32,928 bases of DNA. Origin: Chrysochromulina tobinii. Taxonomy: Eukaryota. The notes under the pieces are model-generated. The model did no database searches, had not been told where the DNA came from, and saw only the letters and a list, made by a program, of their open reading frames with translations. The DNA lies in NCBI GenBank assembly GCA_001275005.1, contig JWZX01002499.1, forward strand, positions 1 through 32,928. Direction: 5' to 3'. How positions within the stretch are numbered: the stretch's first letter is position 1; each line of letters begins with the position of its first letter. Below, in pieces: positions 1 to 8,826 of this stretch. The position numbers and the translations under genes were made by a program.

Positions 1-3000
1 GTTGGCACGCGTGCCGCGTGTACAGTCGGAATGACTCCTTCTGGCCTCTTGGGAGATGCTGATGGGTGCGATGGGTTGACTTTTGAAAACAAGTTGAGAT
101 CGTCGTTCTTGGAGCCAACAGAGTGGAGCACATCCAAAGGAAAAGAAAATCCGCCACCCTGTTTGGCTGCAGACGAACTGGCGTTGGCGGCGGATGGGAC
201 GGCGGGTGGGGCGGAGGCGGCGGCGGCGGCGGCGGCGGCAGCGGCGGCAGCGGCGGCAGCGGCGGCGGAGGTGGCGGCGGCGGCTGATGCGGCGGCCGTG
301 GTGGAGGCGGCGGTGGTGGCTGAGCCCAGCCCCATCCCTGCACAGGAGGTAGCACCCGAGGCAGCTGCGCCCTTGGTGCCACACGCGGATCTCTGGCCAA
401 AGGAAGAAGGGTTGAGATGAGGAATTCGATGGTTACCAGCCTCGTGCGCGGCCGATTTCATCGCAGAAGAAGCTCCAGCGAGAACTTCGGCAACCGGTTT
501 CATACGGTCCACAGGATCATCTTCGGGCCGACCTCCTCGATGTGCGTTTACAAGCCGAGGTTGCACGAGCTGCTTCAGCTCACCCTTGTTTTGCAGCTCA
601 CGCACTCGAGTGCGAATGGGATCGAACAACAGAGCTGTGGGTGGCGTGGTGCCGAGCTGCTTTTGGCAAGCCTTCGTTGTGGTCCACGGCTTGTGGAAGA
701 GGTCGGTGAGAGCGAAGGCGTGTAGGAGCCAGGTCACCTCAGCACAATACCCAACGACATATCCGTTTCGTCGACAGGTACACAGGTTCCACCAGTCACG
801 CCTATGAATGCAGGCCAAATTGACGATGTGTGATTGGCGCACCGAGTCCCTGCCGCCGTGAATGAATGCCCAAGCCTTGTGCATCGGATCTGCTAGACTG
901 ATGGAGAGCGGGCCCTCTCTGAGGACGAGCACCGTGATGTCCACGTCCAGGGATGCCGGATTCGTGCAGATGGTTTCACGATCAAGGAGCTGATAGGTTT
1001 GCGGCTGAAGGGAGCATTGCTTTTCCGAAGCTCGTTTGAGTGCTGCGACGTGGAATTGCTCGATCCGCAGTGGAACAGATTTCTGAGGACGATTGAAGGA
1101 ATGGGATAGCGCAACCCATCTTGTCCTAACCAATGCAAGGGTGTGGAAGAAAGAAGCCGCCATCGTATTTTGGCAGCGGGCCGGCAACATCATGAATGCA
1201 GCCACTTCCACCATGGAAGATGTTTTGTTTCCGTGATGGGCGGCCTCAGGAGGCATGTATGCCAGGCACCACTGCTGCGGAGGAGTACTGGTGAGGACGT
1301 CATAAGCCACCTTGTCCTCAGACTGGAGCTTCTTGAAGATAGCATCAACTTCGTCGCGCCGGCTCGGCGGCATGACATGTAATTGTGCGTGAAGACGCCG
1401 GATGCGTTTAGATTTTATATCGTCTGCGAGATGCCGATTGTCGCGGGCCCGAAAGGCGTCGGGACGCCACGTATCAATCCCTTTAATGAGGGACCGACCT
1501 CCATCTGAGATGCACACGAAGCCTTTGGCATTGAAGGCGTCATTGTACGCGAGCTTGGTGTGTTTGTGGTGCAGGTTGCAGCCATAATCGCACTCCGTGC
1601 CGAGCAAATGCATCGCGAATGCGATGTGAACGGAACGATCCCCGCCCATAATAGCTTCAAGATAGAAAGTGCCTTGTCCTCCACCCCGTCGTTTGGCGAA
1701 AGCGCAATCAATTGCCGATACTGGACAAAAGTGTTGGAGATTATTGCGAAGATACGCTGGGGCAAGGCACCAGCCCAGTATGTAAACAATTGGAACACCT
1801 CCTTCGTCGACGTCAGGATAATCTGGAACACCAGCAGTGAGAGGATCAAAAGGTGGAAAGCCCACTTTTCGACCGGCAAGCTCACGCTTCATGCGATTGC
1901 GATAGCGAGCCTCGGCCAGCTCAAGTTGGCGGGATTTGATGGTAGCACCATCAGCTTCGATGATGTGGGCGTAGTCACCATGGGCGCGGGCTTCCTCGAT
2001 GGCTCCCTGCAAGAGATTGTTGACCATGGACTCATCCACTGGCTGACCGGAGATGAGAAAGCGACGAACTTGGCTTGCTTTCGTGACAGCTGCTGGCCCA
2101 TAGTCGACCAGTTTTGAGGCGAGCGTGGCTCCATTCGCCTCCTGCATGGAGCCAGCAGTGTTTTTAACCTGCAGCGTGTGGGCCAAAGATTTGGAGGACG
2201 GCCCACAATTGCTGTGACGTTTCATGGACTCGCGCTGAAGGGCAGCTGCCAGGCCAGCCGCCGATGTGAGTGAGTAGGTACCGAGTGACTCTTCGTCATC
2301 TTCTCCTTCACAGCCAGTTGGAACGCAGCGATGGGGGGCGTACATGGTGATGACCGTTACGTACTCGCCGTCATTCAGGTGAGAAGCTGCTTGGCTACCG
2401 AGGGCTTTGCCTTGCACCTCCCGTTGTAGGTTACGCTTGTGTTTCCCATGTCCTTGGATGCGTTGCAGCTGCAGTTCATTCAAAATATCGCCCACGGCAG
2501 TAGCCTTGTCGGAGCGCCAAGAATGCCGCCTCACCTGCTCTCGTGTGGCGCGCTGCGCCATGCAAAAGAAGCCACAGATTTCCGTAGGGTGATCACGGAG
2601 GAACTCTAAGAACCGCACGAATTGTCCTCTCCCAAGCATAGCCGATGAGGACGCTGCCTCAGCGTTGAAGCCTGGCAGTGGACCCGAGGGCGTGTCATCA
2701 CGAACGTCATCACTGTCTCCGAGCTGCTTCCGATGCAAGTAGGTAGCGAATTGCATGACGTCCAACTTGCACACCCAGAGAGCGGACGTGGTCACCCCAT
2801 TCTTGCCGTTCTTGACCTTCTCCCCCCCCCACAATAAAGTGCAGGTGCACTGACGCATCCCTGTTACACGCATAGCCTCGGCAGCATCTTCAACAGTGCC
2901 AAATTCGTCCAGGAATTTCAGCTCATGGCGTTCTGACATCGTAGGTACATGGCCCACGCCACGATCCCACGACGGTTTTGTGCGCTGAGGAATCCCGGAT

Positions 3001-3461
3001 GCGGCAGGAGCCACTGCTGGGGCCGATTGCATCTCCTTGGAGACGCTCGCAGCACTTTGAATGAAGGTGGACCACTCACTCTGCACTTCGGGATGATGAA
3101 GCGAATGGCCATCAAACTCCTGGTTGATGAGGTCTTCCTGCGCACCCTCCTGTACCCACTTGATGTCACGCTTGTAATGACTGCGCGAATCTTTGGAACA
3201 CCCACGGCGTCGAGGAGGACGGAAAGCACCCCGGTGTGCATGAGGGCTGACTTCCGGTTGCTCTGAATCTGTTCGAGGCGCTGCAGAGGAAGCACACCCG
3301 TCTGCAGCAGGAGCAGCACCATTCAGACTGGAACACCTTCCGTTTGCGCGGTGAAGCGACCCGCTGCGCGGTAGAAGAACCTCACCATGTGCCTCTTCCT
3401 CTTCCGAAGATGAAGACTGAAGATCATCATCGGAGCCGAAAGATTCTTCATCGTCAGCCAT
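1..3461 (-). CDS. Mutator/MULE-family DDE transposase with SWIM-like finger; 3' end runs off the window
   Basis: Manual translation from the ATG at 3461 (GCCATGG context) stays open for 1153 codons to position 3. MULE domain motifs: PVSAIDCAF (D at 1707-1709), VCISDGGRSLIKGIDTWRPDAFRARDNRHLADDI (D at 1503-1505), NKTSSMVEVAAF (E at 1206-1208). These are followed by HIVNL...CTC-x9-CAE (SWIM-like) and an Ala-rich low-complexity tail. Confidence 0.85.
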   Translation of the reverse strand, partial: MADDEESFGSDDDLQSSSSEEEEAHGEVLLPRSGSLHRANGRCSSLNGAAPAADGCASSAAPRTDSEQPEVSPHAHRGAFRPPRRRGCSKDSRSHYKRDIKWVQEGAQEDLINQEFDGHSLHHPEVQSEWSTFIQSAASVSKEMQSAPAVAPAASGIPQRTKPSWDRGVGHVPTMSERHELKFLDEFGTVEDAAEAMRVTGMRQCTCTLLWGGEKVKNGKNGVTTSALWVCKLDVMQFATYLHRKQLGDSDDVRDDTPSGPLPGFNAEAASSSAMLGRGQFVRFLEFLRDHPTEICGFFCMAQRATREQVRRHSWRSDKATAVGDILNELQLQRIQGHGKHKRNLQREVQGKALGSQAASHLNDGEYVTVITMYAPHRCVPTGCEGEDDEESLGTYSLTSAAGLAAALQRESMKRHSNCGPSSKSLAHTLQVKNTAGSMQEANGATLASKLVDYGPAAVTKASQVRRFLISGQPVDESMVNNLLQGAIEEARAHGDYAHIIEADGATIKSRQLELAEARYRNRMKRELAGRKVGFPPFDPLTAGVPDYPDVDEGGVPIVYILGWCLAPAYLRNNLQHFCPVSAIDCAFAKRRGGGQGTFYLEAIMGGDRSVHIAFAMHLLGTECDYGCNLHHKHTKLAYNDAFNAKGFVCISDGGRSLIKGIDTWRPDAFRARDNRHLADDIKSKRIRRLHAQLHVMPPSRRDEVDAIFKKLQSEDKVAYDVLTSTPPQQWCLAYMPPEAAHHGNKTSSMVEVAAFMMLPARCQNTMAASFFHTLALVRTRWVALSHSFNRPQKSVPLRIEQFHVAALKRASEKQCSLQPQTYQLLDRETICTNPASLDVDITVLVLREGPLSISLADPMHKAWAFIHGGRDSVRQSHIVNLACIHRRDWWNLCTCRRNGYVVGYCAEVTWLLHAFALTDLFHKPWTTTKACQKQLGTTPPTALLFDPIRTRVRELQNKGELKQLVQPRLVNAHRGGRPEDDPVDRMKPVAEVLAGASSAMKSAAHEAGNHRIPHLNPSSFGQRSACGTKGAAASGATSCAGMGLGSATTAASTTAAASAAAATSAAAAAAAAAAAAAAAAASAPPAVPSAANASSSAAKQGGGFSFPLDVLHSVGSKNDDLNLFSKVNPSHPSASPKRPEGVIPTVHAARVP

Positions 3462-3623
3462 GGCCACCGTCGACCACGACAAGGTCGTACGCTTAGTACG
3501 CAAGCGGACGGCCGAACCAGCGGCGCGGGTGGCGGGCGGAGAGGAGACGAGGAGCGCAACAACAATAAAGGCGCGACGCGACGCACGCAACGACTGAGAT
3601 TCCAAAGATGCCAAAAAACAAAA

Positions 3624-3959
3624 GCTCAACCCGGACTTGTCAAGTCCGGGTTGAGCACGCAAACCATATGCTCAACCCGGACTTAGCTCAACCCGGACTT
3701 GCTAAGTCCGGGTTGAGCAAATGATATTCGTTTTGGGTGTGATTCACACATACGAAGTCCGGGTTGAGCCTCGAAAAAACATGTGCTCAACCCGGACTTC
3801 ACACCATCAAGTCCGGGTTGAGCACCGAAAACCATATGCTCAACCGGACTTGAGTCTCATTCACACCAACAAGTCCGGGTTGAGCACCGAAAAACATATG
3901 CTCAACCCGGACTTAGCAACTGTGAATTCACGATCACACTAGCTAAGTCCGGGTTGAGC
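3624..3959. repeat. Array of 12 copies of the 15-bp motif GCTCAACCCGGACTT in both orientations (probable transposon subterminal repeats)
   Basis: Forward copies start at 3624, 3670, 3686, 3785, 3838 (one C missing) and 3900. Reverse-complement copies (AAGTCCGGGTTGAGC) start at 3642, 3704, 3755, 3809, 3871 and 3945. Confidence 0.95.
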
Positions 3960-4164
3960 AACAACCTCGGAAAAAACGGTTGACGAAACAGAAAGTGCGA
4001 GACGCTGCCTGCAAAATGCGAGCGTGGCTCTCGACCGGACCAAACGCAACCGTGCTGATGAGATCCACCTTTCGACACGAATGCCACTGCGACGTCTGAC
4101 GAAACACATCGACATGCGGGACGAAAGCGGCGATTGCTGCGGCGCGAATGCTGCGCACCGATTC

Positions 4165-5807
4165 ATGCGTTCGAGGGTGCTGATCCTCGCGGCCGCATTT
4201 TCTAGCGCTTCGTCGTCCCTTGAACGCGGGATGCCGGTGACATTTTCTGGCGCTTCGTCGTCCCTTGAACGCGGGATGCCGGTGCTCCACACACCAACAC
4301 TACCCACTCTGCCCAATCAGCCACTGCCGATGGTCGAGATCACTGCCACCGGTCAGGTGACGCGCTACTCGTCCACGCTCACCTCGATCCGATGGATGTT
4401 TGGTGGAATCAAGCTGGCGGCGCGCGATGTGCGGCTACTACGCTCGTCGGCACCCGTGCTGGCGCCGCGCGATGGCTACATGATCTTCGACTTTGGCGAT
4501 TTGCGCGGCATCTTGACGCACGACCGGCTGGCGCTCATCGGTGCTGACCGGCCGGTGCTCGGTGAGGCGCTCGGCGAAGAGGTCCAGCGTAGGCTCGTGC
4601 TCGACAAGCTCGACGGCGTGTCCGACGAGCAGCAGCCCTTCGAGGCGCGTGCTCTCGAGTGTATGCTCGAGCAGGTGTACACGACCGTCGACGAGACGCT
4701 GCAGCGGCTCTCCGTGCTCGTCTCGAGCACGCTCGGCGAGCTGACGAACCGGTCCTCGTTCGACTTGGAGGGACGGCGCGAGGCGGGGCTCGGCCGGCTG
4801 CTGCCACTGCGCATCTCGCTCTCGGCGCTCCAGGCGCGATCTCGGCGCATCTCCACCCTGCTCCACGAGCTGCTCGACTCCGACGCTCATGTCAAGGACA
4901 TGTGCCTCACGCACCACCGGCTCGTGCCGAAGCCGACGAGCGACGAGGGGTTCGCCGTGGGCGAGAGCGGCAGTGCCGAGGGTGAGGCGGTGGACGTCAT
5001 GGCTGCCGAGGCCAAGGCGGCTGCGGTCTTGGACTCGCAGGAGCTCATAGAGACGCTTCTTGATGTGTACGACGCCTGAGTGCCTCTAATGACCTCAGAT
5101 GACCTCTTTGATGACCTCTAATGGCATCCCTCATCAGGTACGACGCGCGCTTCAACTCGCTCTGCGACCAAATCAAGCAGCTCACGTCGACCATCGAGAA
5201 CACTCAAGAGGTGCTCGAGCTCACCCTTGACGACGAGCGCAACCGTATCGCTCGGCTCGAACTCGTCCTCAATATGGCGGGCATCTCGTTTGGCGCGTGC
5301 TCCGCCATCGGCGGCTTCTTCGGCATGAACGTCGTAAACGGGGTCGAGAATCTTCCCGGAATCTTTGCGATCGTGACCGGCAGCGACTCACACAGTGCCC
5401 GCGCACTCTCTCTGCTGCGTCTATGCACTCTTCTCTCCATGATGACGTGTCATGATGACGTGTGTGTGTGTGCGCTTCAGGTGACCGCTTCGTCAATCCT
5501 CCTCACGGGCTCGCTCTTCGCCACATGCTGGCGCCAGTTCAAATCCGTCTCGCGCCGGCAGCATGTGGATGTCGGCCAGGATGTCGACGCGCTCAAGAAC
5601 GTTCTCGCCAACCTCGACCTCGTCTCAGTCGTGCTGCGCAATCGGCCGCCGTTGCCTAGCGCTCCCAAGGCGATGGAGGACGAGCTGCGCAAGCTGCTGC
5701 ACAGCTCGGGCGTGCTGAGGAGTAGCCGTGAGCTCTCCTTGCTCTGCTCCCTGCTCATGCAGCAGCAGCAGGCGGAGCAACCGAAGATTTACGACAGGAC
5801 GATATAA
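4165..5807 (+). CDS. MRS2: MRS2/CorA-family magnesium transporter; exons 4165-5066, 5138-5372, 5481-5807
   Basis: Motifs RDVRLL, PFEARALECML, MCLT, ELTLDDERNRI and the GMN signature (GFFGMNV) with two TM helices. GT-AG introns restore the frame. Probable start MRSRVLILAAAFSS is signal-peptide-like, though upstream ATGs exist. Confidence 0.9.
4196..4284 (+). repeat. 45-bp in-frame tandem duplication in the MRS2 N-terminus
   Basis: cattttct(a/g)gcgcttcgtcgtcccttgaacgcgggatgccggtg occurs twice and encodes FS(S/G)ASSSLERGMPV twice. Confidence 0.9.
5067..5137 (+). other. Spliceosomal intron 1 of MRS2 (71 nt, GT-AG) containing ATGACCTC repeats
   Basis: Removal joins GAT GT|G TAC GAC GCG (LDVYDARF) and links the two ORF-track frames. 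Confidence 0.85.
5373..5480 (+). other. Spliceosomal intron 2 of MRS2 (108 nt, in-frame, GT-AG)
   Basis: GTGACC...(TG)n-CGCTTCAG. Removal gives a continuous TM helix IFAI|VTASSILL. Confidence 0.8.
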
Positions 5808-5842
5808 GTTAATCGTCGCAATTACGTATGGTATGTACAAGT

Positions 5843-6074
5843 TGTTGGAGTGTGAGTCGCGTGTTACGATCCCGAGCACCCGTCCGAACGGAACTCCAAT
5901 CTCACAAGGGACGCCCGGTCAAGGCCGGGTTCTTAGTAGCACGCATGGTAGCACGCGATAGACGTAAGGTCCAGACGAGGACTGCGAGATGACGAACGCG
6001 CAGGTTTCCAGGTAACTCAATGACTGCGTGCACTAAATCTCTTGGAGTGCGACGGTATCTCTAATGTCACAACA
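5843..6074. mobile_element. Possible solo LTR (TGTTG...CAACA, 232 bp)
   Basis: 5-bp inverted termini typical of LTRs, in an intergenic segment. The flanking 5-mers (CAAGT / CCGGC) do not match, so there is no TSD. Confidence 0.25.
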
Positions 6075-6159
6075 CCGGCGTGTGCATGGGAAGCCTTGAG
6101 CGGCACCTATTTGATACCTGGAGGGGGCGGGGCGGGCGCCCTCAAGCCCCCTTATAGTA

Positions 6160-8676
6160 CTAGTTTGCGGTGTGCGGGAAGCCGTGCCTCCAGTAAGGGC
6201 GGCCGCGTGCGCTCACGCAGAAGGCGCCTTCCGCCTGGCCAGAGTCGCCCGCAGCGCCTTGGGCGCGCACGGCCTCGGAGTAGTAGCCGCCCACTCGGAA
6301 GTCGGGGGGCTGCTCGTCGATGTGGGCGGCGTAGCAGCCGCCCGGCACGACGCGAAAGTCGAGCGAGACGCGAGTGCGCTCGCTCAGGTTCTCGACGGCG
6401 AAGTGGGTGCAGAAGGCGCCATAGAAGGTGCAGAACTGGCCGTAGGCAAGGCGGAGGGGATGGAAGTCCTCGCGGCCGGGAGCACTCTCGAGATAGAGGG
6501 AGTTGGTGTCGTCGATCGACGTGAGGGGCAAGTAAGCGTTCAGAGAGCCATCGGGCAGCTGATACTGCGCATCAATGTGTGGCCCGATGGAGAACTCTCC
6601 CGGCCGGTGCACGCGCACGCACGGGATGGCTTGGAAGAGCATCCGATCGCACCCGATGATGGAGGCTACCCACGGTGCGATCAGCTCGAGCACGAGCGCC
6701 TCGTATAGCTTGAGCAGCTCGGCACGGCTCGCTTCGTCGGTGAGTGGGCGCAGCATCGCTGCCTTCTCCATCCGAGCGCCCTTGGCGCCGCGGTCGCTGT
6801 GGAATCGCTTGTGAATCTCGTCGAGAGGTAGTGACGAATCCCAACCAGCCGGCTCGAGGAGGCGTCCAAAAGCAAGCGCGAGCGGGAAGCGTGCAGTCTC
6901 ATACGTATGCACCCGCTCCTCACAAAGGCTGTGGAAGGCGGCACTCCTCAGCGAGCGCTCGATGGCGGCGGGATAGCTTAGGGCACGGGCGAGGACGCGC
7001 CCCTCGCGCACCTTGCTCAGCTCCGGCTCCATCGCAGCACGCACCGCTGGATGGAAGACGATACGTGTCGCGTGCCCACTCGCCGCCTTGAGACGGTCGC
7101 TAAAGTAGACGAAGCCCCTCGCCGCCTTGCTCGTCGCTGGCGCCTGGCCCGCAGCTGCCGCCGCGCCGCCACCGGCCGACGACACGCTCGCTATCGCGGT
7201 CGCATCGCCTGCCACTTCGCTCGCCTGCATCGCACCGGCTGACTCCGCAGCACCGCCAGCAGTCGCCCCGGGCGCGCCGAGCGTCATAGCAAGTCTCACA
7301 GATGAGCCCGACACGGCGCGGATGGCGAGGCGTACTGGGCCCTTCATGGCCGCGGCGGGTGCATGGAAAGCCTCCCTCGCCGCCTCCCTCGCCGCCTCCC
7401 TCGCCGCCTCCCTCGCCGCCTCCCTCGCTTGCTTCGCGGTCGGCTCCGGCGTTCGCACCCAGCTGAGCCAACTGCCCGGCAGCGGCCCGCCATGCACACC
7501 GTCCGTTTGTGTGAAGTACACGCATGAGAGGCCCTCAAGACCCTCGAGCTCGCGCGCCACCACCGCCGAAACTCGCAGTGCGCCCGCCCCTCCGCCCGGC
7601 CCGAAGTCGACGAGCCGTGCCGCCGGTAGCGCACGAGCTATGGCGCTGAGCGTGTGCGGCCAGTGGACGGGCTCGAGCGTGAGTGAGCGTATGAGGTGGG
7701 ACTGGAGCTCGAGCGGAGGCAAGGTGGCGGCCGAGAGGCGGGTACCATCGATGCACGACCACACAGGGATCGTGAGCTGCGTTGACCAGAGCGGCGGCTC
7801 ACACACATTGCGCCGCAAGCACTCTTCCGCCGCGCCACTTAGCCAATTGGCGCTGTGGAAGGGCGCACCCACAGGCAACCGTTTGGTGGTCATCTTGTGG
7901 CCGTGGCCATGTGCCCACGCGTCCAAGTAGACCTCGAAGGCACTCAGACGCGCTGGCGACGCCGTCACCAAGCACGCCTCGGCGCCGTTGATCCCCGCCA
8001 CCTCTACGTGGTCCTCGCCGCTACCGCTCTTGCTGCGGCGGCACGGTGGCTGCACATCGTAGAAGGACGCCGCGAGGCGGCTCACTTCTGCCACCGGTAT
8101 CTTGAGTACCGCTAGAGCAAATGAGGTCGCCGCCAAACCCTCTGTGCTGGCCTCGGCATCACCGTGCCGGAGACGCACCGCCTCCGCGATAGCGACGCCC
8201 AGGTGCAGCAAGACGCGCGCGAACGCGAAAGCCACGTTGGAGCCAGAGGCCGCGACCGATGCGAGCGAGATCGCCAGCGCGGCGGCCTGCCCCTGGCTGT
8301 GGCCAACAGCGCCTGCAGGGAGCTCAGTATATTCGGCGGAATAATGGTAGGCGGCAAGCTGCACGACAAAGGTGAGCACAAGAGTAACGGGCAGTGAGCT
8401 GAGGTACGTGAACGACGGCGTGCTGCTGCCGTCGGCCCACGAGGCGATCGGTAGCCCAGTGGTCAAGTGCCGTGCCGCAACTATGGGATCAACCCTGTGC
8501 TCAATCTCGCTGTGGAGCTGGTCCGACATCTCCTGCAGGAAAGCTCGGACGCGTGGCACTGCCGCGACACGTCGCAGCTCAGCCATTTGGCCACTCGGCG
8601 CGCCTTGGCCACCAAACAGAGCTACCCATGGCACGCCGAGCTGCTGCGCCGCAAGGGGCTGGGAGTGCGCCGTCAT
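6160..8676 (-). CDS. Fusion protein: N-terminal FAS-type acyltransferase (AT/SAT, malonyl-CoA:ACP transacylase fold) + C-terminal StrG-like / 2OG-Fe(II) oxygenase-like domain
   Basis: AT motifs LFGGQG, GHSQG (catalytic Ser), GINGAEAC, APFHS and VDFGPGG. Ala-rich linker with REAA repeats. C-terminal FQAIPCVRVHRPG..HIDAQY (HxD), NAYLPLT, SLYLESAPGREDF, CTH, TRVSLDFRV. First ATG at 8676. Confidence 0.75.
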   Translation of the reverse strand: MTAHSQPLAAQQLGVPWVALFGGQGAPSGQMAELRRVAAVPRVRAFLQEMSDQLHSEIEHRVDPIVAARHLTTGLPIASWADGSSTPSFTYLSSLPVTLVLTFVVQLAAYHYSAEYTELPAGAVGHSQGQAAALAISLASVAASGSNVAFAFARVLLHLGVAIAEAVRLRHGDAEASTEGLAATSFALAVLKIPVAEVSRLAASFYDVQPPCRRSKSGSGEDHVEVAGINGAEACLVTASPARLSAFEVYLDAWAHGHGHKMTTKRLPVGAPFHSANWLSGAAEECLRRNVCEPPLWSTQLTIPVWSCIDGTRLSAATLPPLELQSHLIRSLTLEPVHWPHTLSAIARALPAARLVDFGPGGGAGALRVSAVVARELEGLEGLSCVYFTQTDGVHGGPLPGSWLSWVRTPEPTAKQAREAAREAAREAAREAAREAFHAPAAAMKGPVRLAIRAVSGSSVRLAMTLGAPGATAGGAAESAGAMQASEVAGDATAIASVSSAGGGAAAAAGQAPATSKAARGFVYFSDRLKAASGHATRIVFHPAVRAAMEPELSKVREGRVLARALSYPAAIERSLRSAAFHSLCEERVHTYETARFPLALAFGRLLEPAGWDSSLPLDEIHKRFHSDRGAKGARMEKAAMLRPLTDEASRAELLKLYEALVLELIAPWVASIIGCDRMLFQAIPCVRVHRPGEFSIGPHIDAQYQLPDGSLNAYLPLTSIDDTNSLYLESAPGREDFHPLRLAYGQFCTFYGAFCTHFAVENLSERTRVSLDFRVVPGGCYAAHIDEQPPDFRVGGYYSEAVRAQGAAGDSGQAEGAFCVSARGRPYWRHGFPHTAN

Positions 8677-8697
8677 GCGGACTTTGTGCGGGTTTTC

Positions 8698-8729
8698 AGT
8701 CAAATCAAGTAAAGTCAAGTCAAGTCAAG
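8698..8729. repeat. Degenerate (CAAGT)n / (ACTTG)n pentanucleotide repeat
   Basis: agtcaaatcaagtaaagtcaagtcaagtcaag. Confidence 0.8.
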
Positions 8730-8826
8730 CACCTCCATCGACTCCCATCCTCCTCTGCTGACGACTTGAAATGGCTGTGAATCGAGGGGCCCTGGCACGT
8801 CAGGTAAACTTGCGATGTTGCGAAAC

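Larger units (their letters stand above)
1..3968 (-). mobile_element. MULE-like DNA transposon, one end only (boundary approximate)
   Basis: Transposase ORF plus an upstream repeat-rich terminal region ending near 3960-3968. The other end is outside the window, so TIR and TSD cannot be checked. Confidence 0.65.

Noticed and set aside
31..3586. Short ORF-track ORFs in this interval (e.g. 31..420 +, 1560..2117 +, 1415..1885 -)
   Set aside because: They are antisense or alternate-frame shadows of the long minus-strand transposase frame.
3624..3959. CRISPR-like array
   Set aside because: The repeats are only 15 bp and occur in both orientations. Linkers are irregular (1-36 nt) and partly repeated, there are no cas genes, and the context is eukaryotic.
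5121..5137. Separate gene starting at ATG 5121
   Set aside because: The ATG lies inside intron 1, and the downstream ORF is the second half of MRS2.
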